Shown: positions 19,065 to 29,593 of the stretch, piece by piece
How the letters are laid out: every line of letters begins with the position of its first letter
Numbering within the stretch: position 1 is the first letter of the stretch
NCBI GenBank assembly: GCA_050294405.1
Contig: JBNKOC010000028.1
Location: forward strand, 288,001-352,000
DNA length: 64,000 bases
Reading direction: 5' to 3'
From: Fibrobacteria bacterium
Lineage (GTDB): Bacteria; Fibrobacterota; Fibrobacteria; UBA11236; JADFYW01
Notes under the pieces: model-generated
Told to the model about the DNA's origin: nothing
Database searches by the model: none
What the model saw: the letters and a program-made list of their open reading frames with translations, nothing else
Position numbers and translations under genes: made by a program

Positions 19065-20399
19065 TTACTCTTTTTCTTCCTCAGATTTAAAAATCAATGG
19101 ATCTCCCTTAACATAAAAATTGGAGAGGTTTTCCACATGAACTTCTTGCCTCCATTTTTCCAGGAATATATCCAACCTTTGAGAAAACAAATGGTTTTTG
19201 GCTAACATGCTAATTTGTTCCCAATCGTCTTCCAGAGTAAGTTCTCTTTCGGATAATTTTTTATCCAGCTTGAACAAATGAAACTTTCCATCTATTAAAA
19301 TAGGTTCGGTTATTTGCCCCTCTTCAAGGGTATCTACAATAGCTTTGTACTCGTTGTTTAAAGTGGCTTCTGTAAACCAACCAAGGCTACCACTGTCGGG
19401 TTTGGTATTCTTGTCTTCGGTCAGTTTAAAGGCTATTTGCTTAAACCCACCTTCCTTTAAAATGACTTGCCGCAAGGAATCCAGATATTTGTATGTATCA
19501 ATGGTGTCTTGCTCTGTAGGCTGAACTCTGAATAAAATGTGGGATGTTCTTATTTCAATATCTTTTTGCTCGGTAAGCTTGATAATGTGAAAACCAAAAG
19601 GGGTGCGAACAGGTACTCGAGTGTAGGCTCCTGGCCTTAATCTAAAGGCGTATTTTTCGTAATCAGGGTCTAAGGTCCCCCTTTTCACAAAACCCAGATC
19701 TCCTCCTTCAGCCCGGCTTGGATCATCCGAATGGGATTTAGCCATTTGGGCAAAATCGGCCCCTTTGTCCAGGAGCTTAATAATGGAATCGCACTTTTTG
19801 TAAGCTTTTTGCAATAGCTCTTTGTTGGGGTTCACGCTGTATTCCAAATGAGAGAGTAAAAAATTGTTTTGCAGTTTGGGAAGACTGTCTTTGTATTCCT
19901 TATAAAACTTCTGCACTTGCAAGTGGGTGGGGTCAGATTGCCCCAGGTATTTTTCCTGTAACTTTTGCTTTAAGCGTTGCTGGCGAATTTGTTCGCGAAT
20001 CTGCTTTTTAAATTCCCCTAAAGTCATTCCCCTGGTTTGTTTTAAAATAGCCTCAAACTGGAACTCCCCTCCGTTTTGCTCCATGATTTGTTGGAGGTAA
20101 TTGTTCATAGCCGCGTCCACTTCGGCTACGGTTACCTCAATATTAGTGTCCCTTTCGGCCACAGCCAACATGATTTTTTCATCAATCATTTTTTCCAGCA
20201 AAAATCCATATTGCTGCTCTTCATTCATGTTTTCGAACATAGGCTGGGACTTATAGGCAGCTAACATTTCGTCCAAATCGGATTTTAAAATTATTTCTTT
20301 GTCTACGACAGCCACAATGTTATCAAAGGGCACAGCCATCAAAAGGCTGGAGGTTACACATAGGAAGGCTAATATAAGGCGGTAAAATTTTTTATTCAT
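19065..20399 (-). CDS. surA: SurA-like periplasmic chaperone / parvulin PPIase
   Basis: IVAVVDKEIILKSD, FAQMAKSHSDDP...GGDLGF, TPFGFHIIKL, second rotamase domain; ATG at 20399 chosen (the track uses TTG at 20417). Confidence 0.8.
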   Translation of the reverse strand: MNKKFYRLILAFLCVTSSLLMAVPFDNIVAVVDKEIILKSDLDEMLAAYKSQPMFENMNEEQQYGFLLEKMIDEKIMLAVAERDTNIEVTVAEVDAAMNNYLQQIMEQNGGEFQFEAILKQTRGMTLGEFKKQIREQIRQQRLKQKLQEKYLGQSDPTHLQVQKFYKEYKDSLPKLQNNFLLSHLEYSVNPNKELLQKAYKKCDSIIKLLDKGADFAQMAKSHSDDPSRAEGGDLGFVKRGTLDPDYEKYAFRLRPGAYTRVPVRTPFGFHIIKLTEQKDIEIRTSHILFRVQPTEQDTIDTYKYLDSLRQVILKEGGFKQIAFKLTEDKNTKPDSGSLGWFTEATLNNEYKAIVDTLEEGQITEPILIDGKFHLFKLDKKLSERELTLEDDWEQISMLAKNHLFSQRLDIFLEKWRQEVHVENLSNFYVKGDPLIFKSEEEKE

Positions 20400-21264
20400 T
20401 AGTGCTGTCCGGAGCATTGGGTAAAAGGTCTAGGTTTGAGGAGAAATATATTTCCTTTTTCAATTCGTCTATTTTTTCCTCTAAGTTGCGTTTGCGCCAA
20501 ATTTGTATGAGATGGTGTTCAATTTCTTCACGTACATCTTCCAAAGCGCGAGTGGTGCCAGGATTTTGTTTGTCTACAACTCTTACCAAATGATAGCCAT
20601 CTTCACATTTAATAGGTGTGGTAGTACCGCCAATGCGTGTGTTGAAAGCACTTTCAGCAATACAACTGTCTAAATCATTTTCTTTTTGGAAACGCAAACC
20701 ATCAAAGTTTTGCAATTTATCGGCGATGCTATACTCTTGTACTAAGTCAATAAAATTTTCCCCGGTCACAAGGCCCCGTACTTCCCAGGCCAGCTTTAAA
20801 CTTTCCACTACTAAGCTTGCTACTTTAATTTCTGTTTCGCTTCTTACAAAATTATCCGCGTGGGTTTGATAATAATGATTTACAGCCGCCTCTTCGGGCT
20901 CGTATTTAATGTCCATGAATTCTTTTTTAAGGTAGGCTTCCACTACAATTTTTTTACTTAATTCCAAAATCTTTTCCTGAACATCCGGATCTTCATCCAT
21001 TTTCTTTTTTAAAGCGTCCTGGTATAGTATTTCTTCATCCATCCAACGCTTAATAAAATCCAGGTATTGCTCTTTTTTAATAAGCTTGGCGTATTCCTGG
21101 GGAAACTGTTCTTTTAATCGGGTTAAGGTTAAAATGCTATTGTTGACCTGAGCCACAACATCTTTAGGCTTTTCAGAACGCTCGCAGCCCTGGCCTAAAA
21201 ACATAAATGCCAGCACGCCACACAGACCCGCAATAAAAGACAATTTAAACTTTCTCAAAACCAC
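20392..21264 (-). CDS. PpiC/PrsA-like peptidylprolyl isomerase, probable lipoprotein
   Basis: Signal peptide ending ...GQGC, VVAQVN, W.DEEILYQ.A, GYHLVRVVDK. Confidence 0.75.
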   Translation of the reverse strand: MVLRKFKLSFIAGLCGVLAFMFLGQGCERSEKPKDVVAQVNNSILTLTRLKEQFPQEYAKLIKKEQYLDFIKRWMDEEILYQDALKKKMDEDPDVQEKILELSKKIVVEAYLKKEFMDIKYEPEEAAVNHYYQTHADNFVRSETEIKVASLVVESLKLAWEVRGLVTGENFIDLVQEYSIADKLQNFDGLRFQKENDLDSCIAESAFNTRIGGTTTPIKCEDGYHLVRVVDKQNPGTTRALEDVREEIEHHLIQIWRKRNLEEKIDELKKEIYFSSNLDLLPNAPDSTNE

Positions 21265-21334
21265 CGCCTGTTGGAGAAGTTGATAGTTCCCATAAAAAAA
21301 ATTTTTCTTAATATAATAAGTTCTAGCTTGGAAA

Positions 21335-24300
21335 TTAGCCTACTTCTAGGGATTGCGCCAAGTTTTCCACATCCTGTTTTCTTTTTTCTTCAACGGCCAC
21401 GGCAATCTGGGACAGCTCCTCCACCACAAATTGCAAAGGGCTTTCCAATTTTTTAGGTAAATCTAAAATGATTTGCAAAGGAGTCTGATTAATAAAGCGT
21501 GCCGGTTGTTTAAAAAGCGAGGATAAATGGGCTAAATCTGCCGGGCCTGGCTGGTGGTTAGGCGAGTAAAGCATAAACAGGTTTTGATTTTTAATTTCCA
21601 ACTTTTCAAAGCCGAGAAATTGGGCAAAAAGTTTTAATTTCATGGAATCCAGCAAATGGATGGCTTCCACGGGAATTTCTCCATACCTGTCTTTCAATTC
21701 CTCTTTAATTTCATCCAAACCTTCCCTGGTCTCGCAGCGGCTGATTTTTTGATAAAGGGTAATGCGCTGTAAGCCATCGGTAATGTAAAGTTCTGGCAAA
21801 TAGGCATCCTCTGTAATTTCGATAATAGGTTCTAAAGGGGGGATTTCCCGGCGGTTTTGCAATTCCTGCACCGCTTCCCGCAATAGGCGGCAATAGGTGT
21901 CAAAGCCCACAGCCGTAATATGCCCACTTTGTTCCGTACCCAAAATATTTCCGGCTCCCCGGATTTCTAAATCTCTCATGGCCAATTGGTATCCTGATCC
22001 CAGTTCCGTGAATTTTTGCATGCTGTAAAGACGTTTTTTAGCTTCATCCGTAAATTTAAGCTCTGGCGGGGCGACTAATAAACAAAAGGCCTGGGTGCCG
22101 CTTCTTCCTACCCTGCCTCTCATTTGAAACAATTGAGAAAGGCCAAAATGATGGGCGTGATTGATAATAATGGTGTTCACATTGGGAAGGTCTATTCCCG
22201 ACTCAATAATCGTGGTACTCACTAAAATATCGAACTCTCTATTGATAAAGGCCAGCATGACCCTTTCCAAATCTTTTTCGTTCATTTGGCCGTGAGCCAT
22301 CCCCACTCTGGCGTGAGGCACTAATTCCTGAACTTCATCCCTGCGCTCTTCTAAATCCATTACCCGGTCATGGACAAAGAAACACTGGCCCCCACGGTCG
22401 AGTTCTCTATCAATGGCTTCCCGTAAAAGCTTTTTATCAAATTGCACCACTCTCGTATCAATAGGCAGACGATTTCGGGGAGGAGTTAAAATAACTGAAA
22501 AATTTCGGGCGCCCACTAAACTCATATGCAAAGAACGGGGGATGGGCGTGGCACTAAGGGATAACACATCCACTTCGGTACGGGCTTTTTTTAGTTTTTC
22601 TTTTTGTTTGACTCCAAATTTTTGCTCTTCATCAATAATGATGAGTCCTAAGTCTTTAAACTGAACATCCTGGCTAAAAAGACGGTGAGTGCCCACAATT
22701 AAATCCACTTTGCCTTCCGCAAGCCTCTTTAAAATGTCCTTTTCTTCTTTGGAGGTTTTAAAGCGGTTCATAAATTCAATTTGAATGGGCCAATCAGAAA
22801 ATCTTTCGCAACTGGAGGCATAATGCTGCGATACCAATAAAGTGGTGGGGGCTACCAGAGCCACCTGTTTTTTATCGGAAATAGCTTTAAAAATGGCGCG
22901 CATAGCCACTTCTGTTTTCCCAAATCCCACATCACCGCACACCAGCCTGTCCATGGGTTTGTCCTGTTCCATATCCCCTTTGACTTCGGCAAAAGCCTTG
23001 ATTTGATCGGGGGTGGGACTGTAGGAAAAGGAACCATCAAATTCTTGTTGCAGTTTTTCGTGGTTTGAAAAGGCAAAACCTTTAATGGCAGAGCGTTTGG
23101 CATAGAGTTCGATTAAATCACGAGCCAGTTTAATAATGGACTTTTTAGTCTTTGATTTTTGCTGTTCCCAGGTTTTACCTCCCAGCTTGGAAAGCATCGG
23201 GCTTGCCCCTTCCTTGGAGGAATATTTTTGAATTTTAGGGAGATCGGAAACGGGTATAGTGAGTTTGTCATTGCCTTTGTATTGCAAAAGGATGCAGTCC
23301 ACCGAGTGATTTTCAATTTTTACCCTTTTTATGCCGATGTATTGCCCGATACCGTAATCCTGATGGACAATAACATCACCCCTACTCAAAGCATCAAAGT
23401 TGGGAATGCTGACCCCTCCCCCTTTCCATTTTTTATGGGGGCTGGAACTGCTGAAGCGGTTAAAAATCTGGTGGTCTGTAAACAAGGCCAGCTTTTCATT
23501 TTTATTAATGAACCCACTGGATAAGTGGCCAACCAATACATCTTCAATGGGAAGCTCTGCTGCTATTTTTTTAAGCCGCTCAGCTTGACCTGGCTGAGGG
23601 CTGGTGAGAAATATGCGATAACCTTCCTGGTGGAGCTTATCAATTACCTCTTGGATGCTGTTTAAATTTCCGCCACCGGCTGTTTGTTTTTCAATTTCAA
23701 AATGTTTGTAATGGGCCAGTGGTACATCTAAATTCCCAGTAGCAATAGACGGGAATTTTTCCAGCCTTTCCCAAAAAGCTTTGGCATCGAGCCACAAATC
23801 TTTTGGTGGGCAAACAACCCTTCCCAAATCGCTGGCTTCGTGATAAGCAGTGGTGTAACCATCCCAAAGCTTTAAAATAGAGGCTTCAACCTGGTCCTTG
23901 TTTTGTAAAAAAATCTGAAAATGGTTTCCGGCAAAATCCAGTAGAGTAGCCTGGTTTTCAGAAAAAAAGGCCTTTTGCCAGTAGAGGCCGGTCCTATCTT
24001 GCCGCTGCGTAAGACGAAAAATTTCACTTTCAAAGAACTGGCTGTCTTCAAACTTGTCGGCTATATCTAAAAGGCCGTCTTCCAATTCCTTGGAGGAAAA
24101 GCAACATTCGTCAAAGGGAAAGATCTCGGCACGTTCCAGCTTTTGAACCGTCCGTTGAGAAAAAATATCGAACTCCCGCAACGATTCAATGGTATCGCCC
24201 CAAAGCTCCAAACGAATTGGGTTGTCCACCAGATATGGGAACAAATCAACAATCCCCCCCCGCACGGAAAACTGGCCCATTTCCTCAACCAGGCTTTCTT

Positions 24301-24796
24301 CAGTAAAGCCCATGTGAATAAGGGTTTCGCGCAAAGACTCTAAATCCAGCTCCAGCCCCTGCTCCAGGCTAATGATTTCTCTTTTTATAAAAGAAGGAGA
24401 ATTGAGCTTTTGGATAAAGGCACTCAAGGTGGTCACCACAATAACCGGGTTTTGAATCATGAGCTGGTTGAACACCTGAAGGCGCTGTTCGATTAGCTGG
24501 CCAAAGGGATTTCGCATTTCGTAAGGTTTTAAATCCAGGCCTGGAAAATAAAGCACTGAATCTTCGTCAAACCAGGATTTTAAATCGTCCACCAAAAGCT
24601 CGGCGTCTTTTGGCTTTTCCATTATGACTAAGGTGCTTTGGGTTTTTTGGACTTTTTTTTGGCTGGCCACAAAAGCAGCCAGAGCCGAACCCTCCAGTCC
24701 GCTAATATAAGGTGGGTTGTTATCCGAAGCCTGAATATCCCCGAAGCCTGGAAACAAATCCAGAGCAATTTCGGCTGAAAGCTTAGGGCTGCTCAT
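21335..24796 (-). CDS. mfd: Transcription-repair coupling factor
   Basis: UvrB-like N-terminus, VHQDYGIG (CarD/RID), MDRLVCGDVGFGKTEVA, DEEQKFGV, QMRGRVGRS, DLEIRGAGNILG, TRCF C-terminus. Confidence 0.97.
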   Translation of the reverse strand: MSSPKLSAEIALDLFPGFGDIQASDNNPPYISGLEGSALAAFVASQKKVQKTQSTLVIMEKPKDAELLVDDLKSWFDEDSVLYFPGLDLKPYEMRNPFGQLIEQRLQVFNQLMIQNPVIVVTTLSAFIQKLNSPSFIKREIISLEQGLELDLESLRETLIHMGFTEESLVEEMGQFSVRGGIVDLFPYLVDNPIRLELWGDTIESLREFDIFSQRTVQKLERAEIFPFDECCFSSKELEDGLLDIADKFEDSQFFESEIFRLTQRQDRTGLYWQKAFFSENQATLLDFAGNHFQIFLQNKDQVEASILKLWDGYTTAYHEASDLGRVVCPPKDLWLDAKAFWERLEKFPSIATGNLDVPLAHYKHFEIEKQTAGGGNLNSIQEVIDKLHQEGYRIFLTSPQPGQAERLKKIAAELPIEDVLVGHLSSGFINKNEKLALFTDHQIFNRFSSSSPHKKWKGGGVSIPNFDALSRGDVIVHQDYGIGQYIGIKRVKIENHSVDCILLQYKGNDKLTIPVSDLPKIQKYSSKEGASPMLSKLGGKTWEQQKSKTKKSIIKLARDLIELYAKRSAIKGFAFSNHEKLQQEFDGSFSYSPTPDQIKAFAEVKGDMEQDKPMDRLVCGDVGFGKTEVAMRAIFKAISDKKQVALVAPTTLLVSQHYASSCERFSDWPIQIEFMNRFKTSKEEKDILKRLAEGKVDLIVGTHRLFSQDVQFKDLGLIIIDEEQKFGVKQKEKLKKARTEVDVLSLSATPIPRSLHMSLVGARNFSVILTPPRNRLPIDTRVVQFDKKLLREAIDRELDRGGQCFFVHDRVMDLEERRDEVQELVPHARVGMAHGQMNEKDLERVMLAFINREFDILVSTTIIESGIDLPNVNTIIINHAHHFGLSQLFQMRGRVGRSGTQAFCLLVAPPELKFTDEAKKRLYSMQKFTELGSGYQLAMRDLEIRGAGNILGTEQSGHITAVGFDTYCRLLREAVQELQNRREIPPLEPIIEITEDAYLPELYITDGLQRITLYQKISRCETREGLDEIKEELKDRYGEIPVEAIHLLDSMKLKLFAQFLGFEKLEIKNQNLFMLYSPNHQPGPADLAHLSSLFKQPARFINQTPLQIILDLPKKLESPLQFVVEELSQIAVAVEEKRKQDVENLAQSLEVG

Positions 24797-24852
24797 TTAA
24801 CAAATCCTTTTGAGGGCAAACAAATCCATTGAGCAAAAGAATAAAAAAGAAT

Positions 24853-24885
24853 AAAAAAAAGGGTTAGGCAAACTTGCCTAACCCC
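24853..24885 (-). terminator. Intrinsic terminator directly after tRNA-Lys
   Basis: Hairpin GGGTTAGGCA-AACT-TGCCTAACCC followed on the minus strand by a T8 tract. Confidence 0.85.
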
Positions 24886-24888
24886 TTT

Positions 24889-24961
24889 TGAGCTAGGATG
24901 GACTCGAACCATCGACCCACGCCTTAAAAGGGCGTTGCTCTACCAACTGAGCTACTAGCCC
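24889..24961 (-). tRNA. tRNA-Lys (anticodon UUU), CCA not encoded
   Basis: Reverse complement GGGCTAGTAGCTCAGTTGGTAGAGCAACGCCCTTTTAAGGCGTGGGTCGATGGTTCGAGTCCATCCTAGCTCA folds as a cloverleaf with anticodon loop CTTTTAA and a GTTCGA T-loop. Confidence 0.97.
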
Positions 24962-25068
24962 GAAAAATGGACGCTAAAAATAATACCCATGGCTTTTGGT
25001 TTCAAGTTTTGGAGGCGAAAAAATCAGGTTTGTTTAAACTAGCTGCATTGAGTAATTTACTGCATCTG

Positions 25069-26142
25069 ATGAAGGCAAAAAACCATACAAGAGCTCCCTG
25101 GCCTTTGGCTGGGTACAAACGGGCCGAAAAATTTTTTGGCCGGGTAACTTGTAAGAGCCCCTGTGTGTTTATTTTACTTTTAGGATTGTTGGCCCTACCT
25201 GGTTTTTCTAAAGAACACAAAAGAGCAGGCACAGAAGAGTTTAGCTTTTTATCGGCTCAGTCTTATGCTTTACCGGCGGGACTTGCCGGAGCTTATACAG
25301 GATATGGAGAAGGGCTTTTTTCATTGTCCACTAATCCTGCTGGATTAGCAGCCCTTGAAGGGCAACCTGTCAGTTCTGTTAGCTTTAAAAAAAATGTGAT
25401 GGATGTTAATTCCGGGGAAGTGTCCCATGCCTTTAGTAAAAATAAATTTGTATATGCCATTTCTATGGAGTACAGCAGTTATGGGGTGGTAAGCCAACGG
25501 GATGAAAACAATAATCCAAGCGGAGATGATATATATCCCATGAGCTCTAACCCCAGTTTTTCTATGGCCATGAATTGGAAAGAAAAATTTCGCTTTGGAG
25601 GAAGCTTTCAATTGCCAATGGAATATTTAGGGACTTTTGCCGAATCACAAACTGCATTGGGCTGGGGGCTGGATTTGGGAATGCAATACCAACCAAACAA
25701 CAAGCGCTTTTCTTTTGGGACTTCACTGCTTAATGTTGGGCGCCAAGAACGCCACCAAATTGAGGGCCATTCTTCAGGCGGTTTGTTGCCAATGGAATTT
25801 AGAGCAGGGATGGCTTACAGAGGTTTGGGAAACCGGCAAACCAATGGGGTTTTAGATGTGGCTATCCCCTACCATAATTTTGTCTATGTAAATGCTGGAG
25901 TTGAACACAATGTAAGCCGGGGGTTTACATTACGGGCCGGGACCCGATGGAATTATAATGAGATTGAAAGCTATTTTCGCGAGTTTGTGTTAAACCGCAA
26001 AATTGATAACCCTGGTGCCAACGCCCTAAAACTGTCTGTGGGAGCCAGCATCGATCAAAAAACCTGGGGGCTTGACTATGCAGCCCAGTATTGGCATAAC
26101 CTTGGAATATTACACTGGCTGACGCTGAGGATGCAATGGTAG
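25069..26142 (+). CDS. PorV/PorQ-family (FadL-like) outer-membrane beta-barrel, T9SS-associated
   Basis: AGTEEFSFL...AGLAGAYTG...STNPAGLA motif, DLGMQY, LP.EFRAG, LDYA, terminal aromatic W. Start uncertain: track start 24967 abuts the tRNA, so ATG 25069 or later is more likely. Confidence 0.75.
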   Translation: MKAKNHTRAPWPLAGYKRAEKFFGRVTCKSPCVFILLLGLLALPGFSKEHKRAGTEEFSFLSAQSYALPAGLAGAYTGYGEGLFSLSTNPAGLAALEGQPVSSVSFKKNVMDVNSGEVSHAFSKNKFVYAISMEYSSYGVVSQRDENNNPSGDDIYPMSSNPSFSMAMNWKEKFRFGGSFQLPMEYLGTFAESQTALGWGLDLGMQYQPNNKRFSFGTSLLNVGRQERHQIEGHSSGGLLPMEFRAGMAYRGLGNRQTNGVLDVAIPYHNFVYVNAGVEHNVSRGFTLRAGTRWNYNEIESYFREFVLNRKIDNPGANALKLSVGASIDQKTWGLDYAAQYWHNLGILHWLTLRMQW

Positions 26143-26228
26143 GGGTGTTGTTGGAAGTTTTAAAAAATCCTTTCGATGTTAGTTATAAACTGTTTCGGAA
26201 GGGGATGCCAGAGTGGTTAGGCCACTAA

Positions 26229-27374
26229 ATGAGACCCCAATTAAAAATTGGAATAAACCTAATTTCAATACCTCAGCAAAAGGCTGGTGTAGGTTTTTTA
26301 GCGATCAACTTATCTAAGGAATTGATTTTAAAATTAGATAAAGATCAATTTTATGTTTTTACAACATTAAACGTTACATTTGATGAATTGAAGAAAAATA
26401 ATTCAATTATATTACAACTTTCCCCAATTGGGTATGTGAGAAAAATTTTTTGGGAGCAATTTGTTTTTTCAAAAATTTTAAGATCAAAAAAAATAGACGT
26501 TTTAATAAACGTTCATTACATTGCCCTCATTTTTATTCCGAAAAAAATAAAGCAAATCACCATAATTCCAGACTTAACATATCAAAAATTTTTTTTCAAA
26601 AGAATTTGGATCAAAAGTCTTTATATAAACATTATGATGTGGTTTTCAGTGTATAAGAGTTGGAACATAATTGCTATTTCTGAATTTACTAAAGAAGAAC
26701 TATTGCTGTATTATCCATTTTTATCTCCACAAAAAATACAAGTTATGTATTTAAGCTTAGGAAATGAAATTTCCACTACCCTTTCTATTGCAATTAGCAA
26801 TAAATTTAAATTTTTAGATATTGACAAACCATTTTTCTTATTTGTTGGAACTGTAGAGCCAACTAAAAATTTAGAAAATTGTGTAAAAGCCTATAAAAAA
26901 ATAAGGCACAAGTACAATAATTATAATTTTGTACTAATTGGGAAACGCGGCTGGGGTGATAAGCAAGACAAAAGATTTTTAAAATTATCTTATTATATTT
27001 CAAAAAATGAATTAGAGGAACATATATTTTTTACTGGATACCTATCATCAGAGGAGGTTTCCCAAATTTATAAAAAGGCATTTTGTCTATTATTTCCATC
27101 TAAATATGAAGGATTTGGTATACCTCTTCTAGAGGCTATGGCTGCAAAAATCCCTATAATCACTTCGAATATTAGTAGCATGCCGGAGGTTGTTGGAGAG
27201 GCTGGATTGTTAGTAGATCCTGATTCAATTCAAGAAATTTCACAAGCAATGGAGTTGCTGATATTAGATAAAAATTTGCGGCATACATTGGTTGAAAATG
27301 GAACAAAACGTTTGCAAAATTTTTCATGGCGTAAATCTGCTGAAGTGATAGAAAGCATTGTTATTAATGAATAA
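26229..27374 (+). CDS. Glycosyltransferase family 4 (MtfB/WbdB-like)
   Basis: LFVGTVEPTKNL, FPSKYEGFGIPLLEAMA, SSMPEVVG, FSW. Confidence 0.92.
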   Translation: MRPQLKIGINLISIPQQKAGVGFLAINLSKELILKLDKDQFYVFTTLNVTFDELKKNNSIILQLSPIGYVRKIFWEQFVFSKILRSKKIDVLINVHYIALIFIPKKIKQITIIPDLTYQKFFFKRIWIKSLYINIMMWFSVYKSWNIIAISEFTKEELLLYYPFLSPQKIQVMYLSLGNEISTTLSIAISNKFKFLDIDKPFFLFVGTVEPTKNLENCVKAYKKIRHKYNNYNFVLIGKRGWGDKQDKRFLKLSYYISKNELEEHIFFTGYLSSEEVSQIYKKAFCLLFPSKYEGFGIPLLEAMAAKIPIITSNISSMPEVVGEAGLLVDPDSIQEISQAMELLILDKNLRHTLVENGTKRLQNFSWRKSAEVIESIVINE

Positions 27375-28425
27375 AAAAATTCGAATTCTTATAGACGCAC
27401 GTTGGCTATGTGAAAGGAAAACAGGAGTTGGAGTTTATTCTGAAAACTTGCTCTTTCACTTTAATCAAAAATATCAAAATGCTTTTTACCTACTAAATAA
27501 AAATTGTAATTCTACCATTGAGTTTAAAAATACAATTTTAACGAAAATTAGATTATCCTCACATCCAGCGACAGAAATCTTTGAACAGTTTTTTATTCCA
27601 TTTTTGTGCTGGAAGCACAAATGTAGAGCTTTTTTATCTCTTGAAAATAGAGTTCCAATTCTTAAGATAGGAATCAAAAATTTTTCTGTAATATATGATA
27701 TTACAACATGGTCTGTAAAAGGCTCCCATAATTTAAAGTATTCAATTTACATGAAAGTAAATTTTTGGGTGTCGATAATTTTTAGCAGCAAAATTTTAAC
27801 TATATCAAAAACCGTAAAAAATCAAATCTGCAATAATTATAAAATAAATGAGAATAAGATCGATGTTATATACCCTTCGAATAGTAATATATTGAAATAT
27901 ACGTCAGAAGAAATTCCTTTTTTGGAAGGTAAAAATTTTTTTCTAATGGTAGGTGTAACCAATAAGAGAAAAAATTTTGAGATGTCCATAGAGTCATTTA
28001 AAAATTTCAAAAAACAATTCCCCGATTGGTATTTAGTGGTGACTGGAGATGAAAAATTGATTGATGGGATTTGGAAAAGTTATGGGTATGAAAAAAATGT
28101 TATTAATTTAGGATTCGTCACAAACCCTAAACTTAAATTTTTATACGAGAACTGTATGGCTCTGCTTTACCCTTCTCAGGAAGAAGGATTTGGTATTCCA
28201 ATATTGGACGCTTATTTGTTCGAAAAAATAATATTATGTTCCAATCTAGAAGTTTTTAAAGAGTTGACTTTAAACCCTAAGCAGATGTTTGATTTGAAAA
28301 ACAAAATTGAGTTTAGTCAATTAATGATCGACGTCGCAAAAAATAATATAAGGTTTTCACCGACAAAAATAAGGTTCAGTTGGGAAGATTCAGCCAATGA
28401 ACTCATCAGAGTGATCAATGAATAA
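27367..28425 (+). CDS. Glycosyltransferase family 4
   Basis: IDAR...TGVGVY, RKNF, YPSQEEGFGIPILDA, FSWE; ATG at 27367 overlaps the upstream stop. Confidence 0.9.
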   Translation: MNKKIRILIDARWLCERKTGVGVYSENLLFHFNQKYQNAFYLLNKNCNSTIEFKNTILTKIRLSSHPATEIFEQFFIPFLCWKHKCRAFLSLENRVPILKIGIKNFSVIYDITTWSVKGSHNLKYSIYMKVNFWVSIIFSSKILTISKTVKNQICNNYKINENKIDVIYPSNSNILKYTSEEIPFLEGKNFFLMVGVTNKRKNFEMSIESFKNFKKQFPDWYLVVTGDEKLIDGIWKSYGYEKNVINLGFVTNPKLKFLYENCMALLYPSQEEGFGIPILDAYLFEKIILCSNLEVFKELTLNPKQMFDLKNKIEFSQLMIDVAKNNIRFSPTKIRFSWEDSANELIRVINE

Positions 28426-29593
28426 CACATTAAGAAAAAAATGGTTATTTGATGCGACTTTCATTAGAAAAGATTCAATTACTAGAGGTATTCAGAAAGT
28501 AATTGAAGATTTAATAGAAGTTGTGGTAAATACAGATACATTGCTAAAAGATGTGAATTTTATTGTCGAAAAAAAAAATTTAATGTTTTTTATCCAAAAA
28601 TTCCCCAAAGCGAAAGAACATGTTCTTGAAGTGAGGGATAATTTTTTGAAATTTAAGATATTCAGAGGTGTTTTTGCTGAGTACAGATATACCATTAATT
28701 TTAGCGAATATTCATTTTACTTCACACCTTTTTACATGACTATATTGACAAGATGTGCTATACCTCAAGTTGCAATCATATATGATTTGATAATAAAAAG
28801 GTATTTTTTCCAGTATATAACTAACGAAAGACAAATTGGAAATTTTGTTTATTTTCTTTTACTAAGATTTAAAATGACTAATATTTCAAAAGTAAATCAA
28901 ATTATTGCAATTTCTGAATATACGAAAAGGGATGTTCATAAAAATTTTGGAATACCTGTTGAGAATATCAATGTGATTCCCCTAATAAAAAAAGATCCAC
29001 CAAAAAGTGATGAAGTCATTAGGCAAAGCATAATAAAAATGAAAGGTTTCCGAATTATATTATATGTTGGTGGATTTGATTATAGGAAAAATTTATTTCA
29101 ACTGATTACAATCTTTAAAAATCAAAAATTGTACAATGACTTCAACCTTGTAATTGCTGGCACGGCAAGTGAGAAAGAATATACGTTATTATTAAATTAT
29201 TCAAGAAAAATAAATACAGAAAATAAAGTGCACATTTTTAAAAATTTAAACGAATCAGAAATTGAATATTTATACAGAATTTCATTTGTTTTCGCTTGCG
29301 TTTCTTTATATGAAGGTTTTGGGTTACCTTTAATTGAGGCAATGGGAAAAAAACTACCTGTTGTCGCATTTGCAAATTCTGCAGTACAGGAAGTTGTTGG
29401 GGATTTTGGAGTGTTAGTTGAAAATGGAAATGAAGTGATGTTTGGGCAAGTTATTCTAAAAATTTTGGAGGATGAAGAGTTTAGATTAAAATTAATTGAG
29501 AAGGGTCTTCAAAGATCTTCATATTATAATAATAAGCAATTTAGCGAATCTGTAATAAAATTATTTGATTATTATAAAGAAATTTTTAACTAA
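28418..29593 (+). CDS. Glycosyltransferase family 4
   Basis: LYVGGFDYRKNL, SLYEGFGLPLIEAM. Confidence 0.9.
   Translation: MNNTLRKKWLFDATFIRKDSITRGIQKVIEDLIEVVVNTDTLLKDVNFIVEKKNLMFFIQKFPKAKEHVLEVRDNFLKFKIFRGVFAEYRYTINFSEYSFYFTPFYMTILTRCAIPQVAIIYDLIIKRYFFQYITNERQIGNFVYFLLLRFKMTNISKVNQIIAISEYTKRDVHKNFGIPVENINVIPLIKKDPPKSDEVIRQSIIKMKGFRIILYVGGFDYRKNLFQLITIFKNQKLYNDFNLVIAGTASEKEYTLLLNYSRKINTENKVHIFKNLNESEIEYLYRISFVFACVSLYEGFGLPLIEAMGKKLPVVAFANSAVQEVVGDFGVLVENGNEVMFGQVILKILEDEEFRLKLIEKGLQRSSYYNNKQFSESVIKLFDYYKEIFN

Noticed and set aside
24835..24860. AAAAGAAT-type short repeats near the tRNA terminator
   Set aside because: Low-complexity A-tract, part of the terminator tail.
24889..26229. tRNA-Lys as integration site of the polysaccharide island
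   Set aside because: The island lies on the tRNA's 5' side beyond porV; no integrase and no duplicated tRNA 3' end were found.
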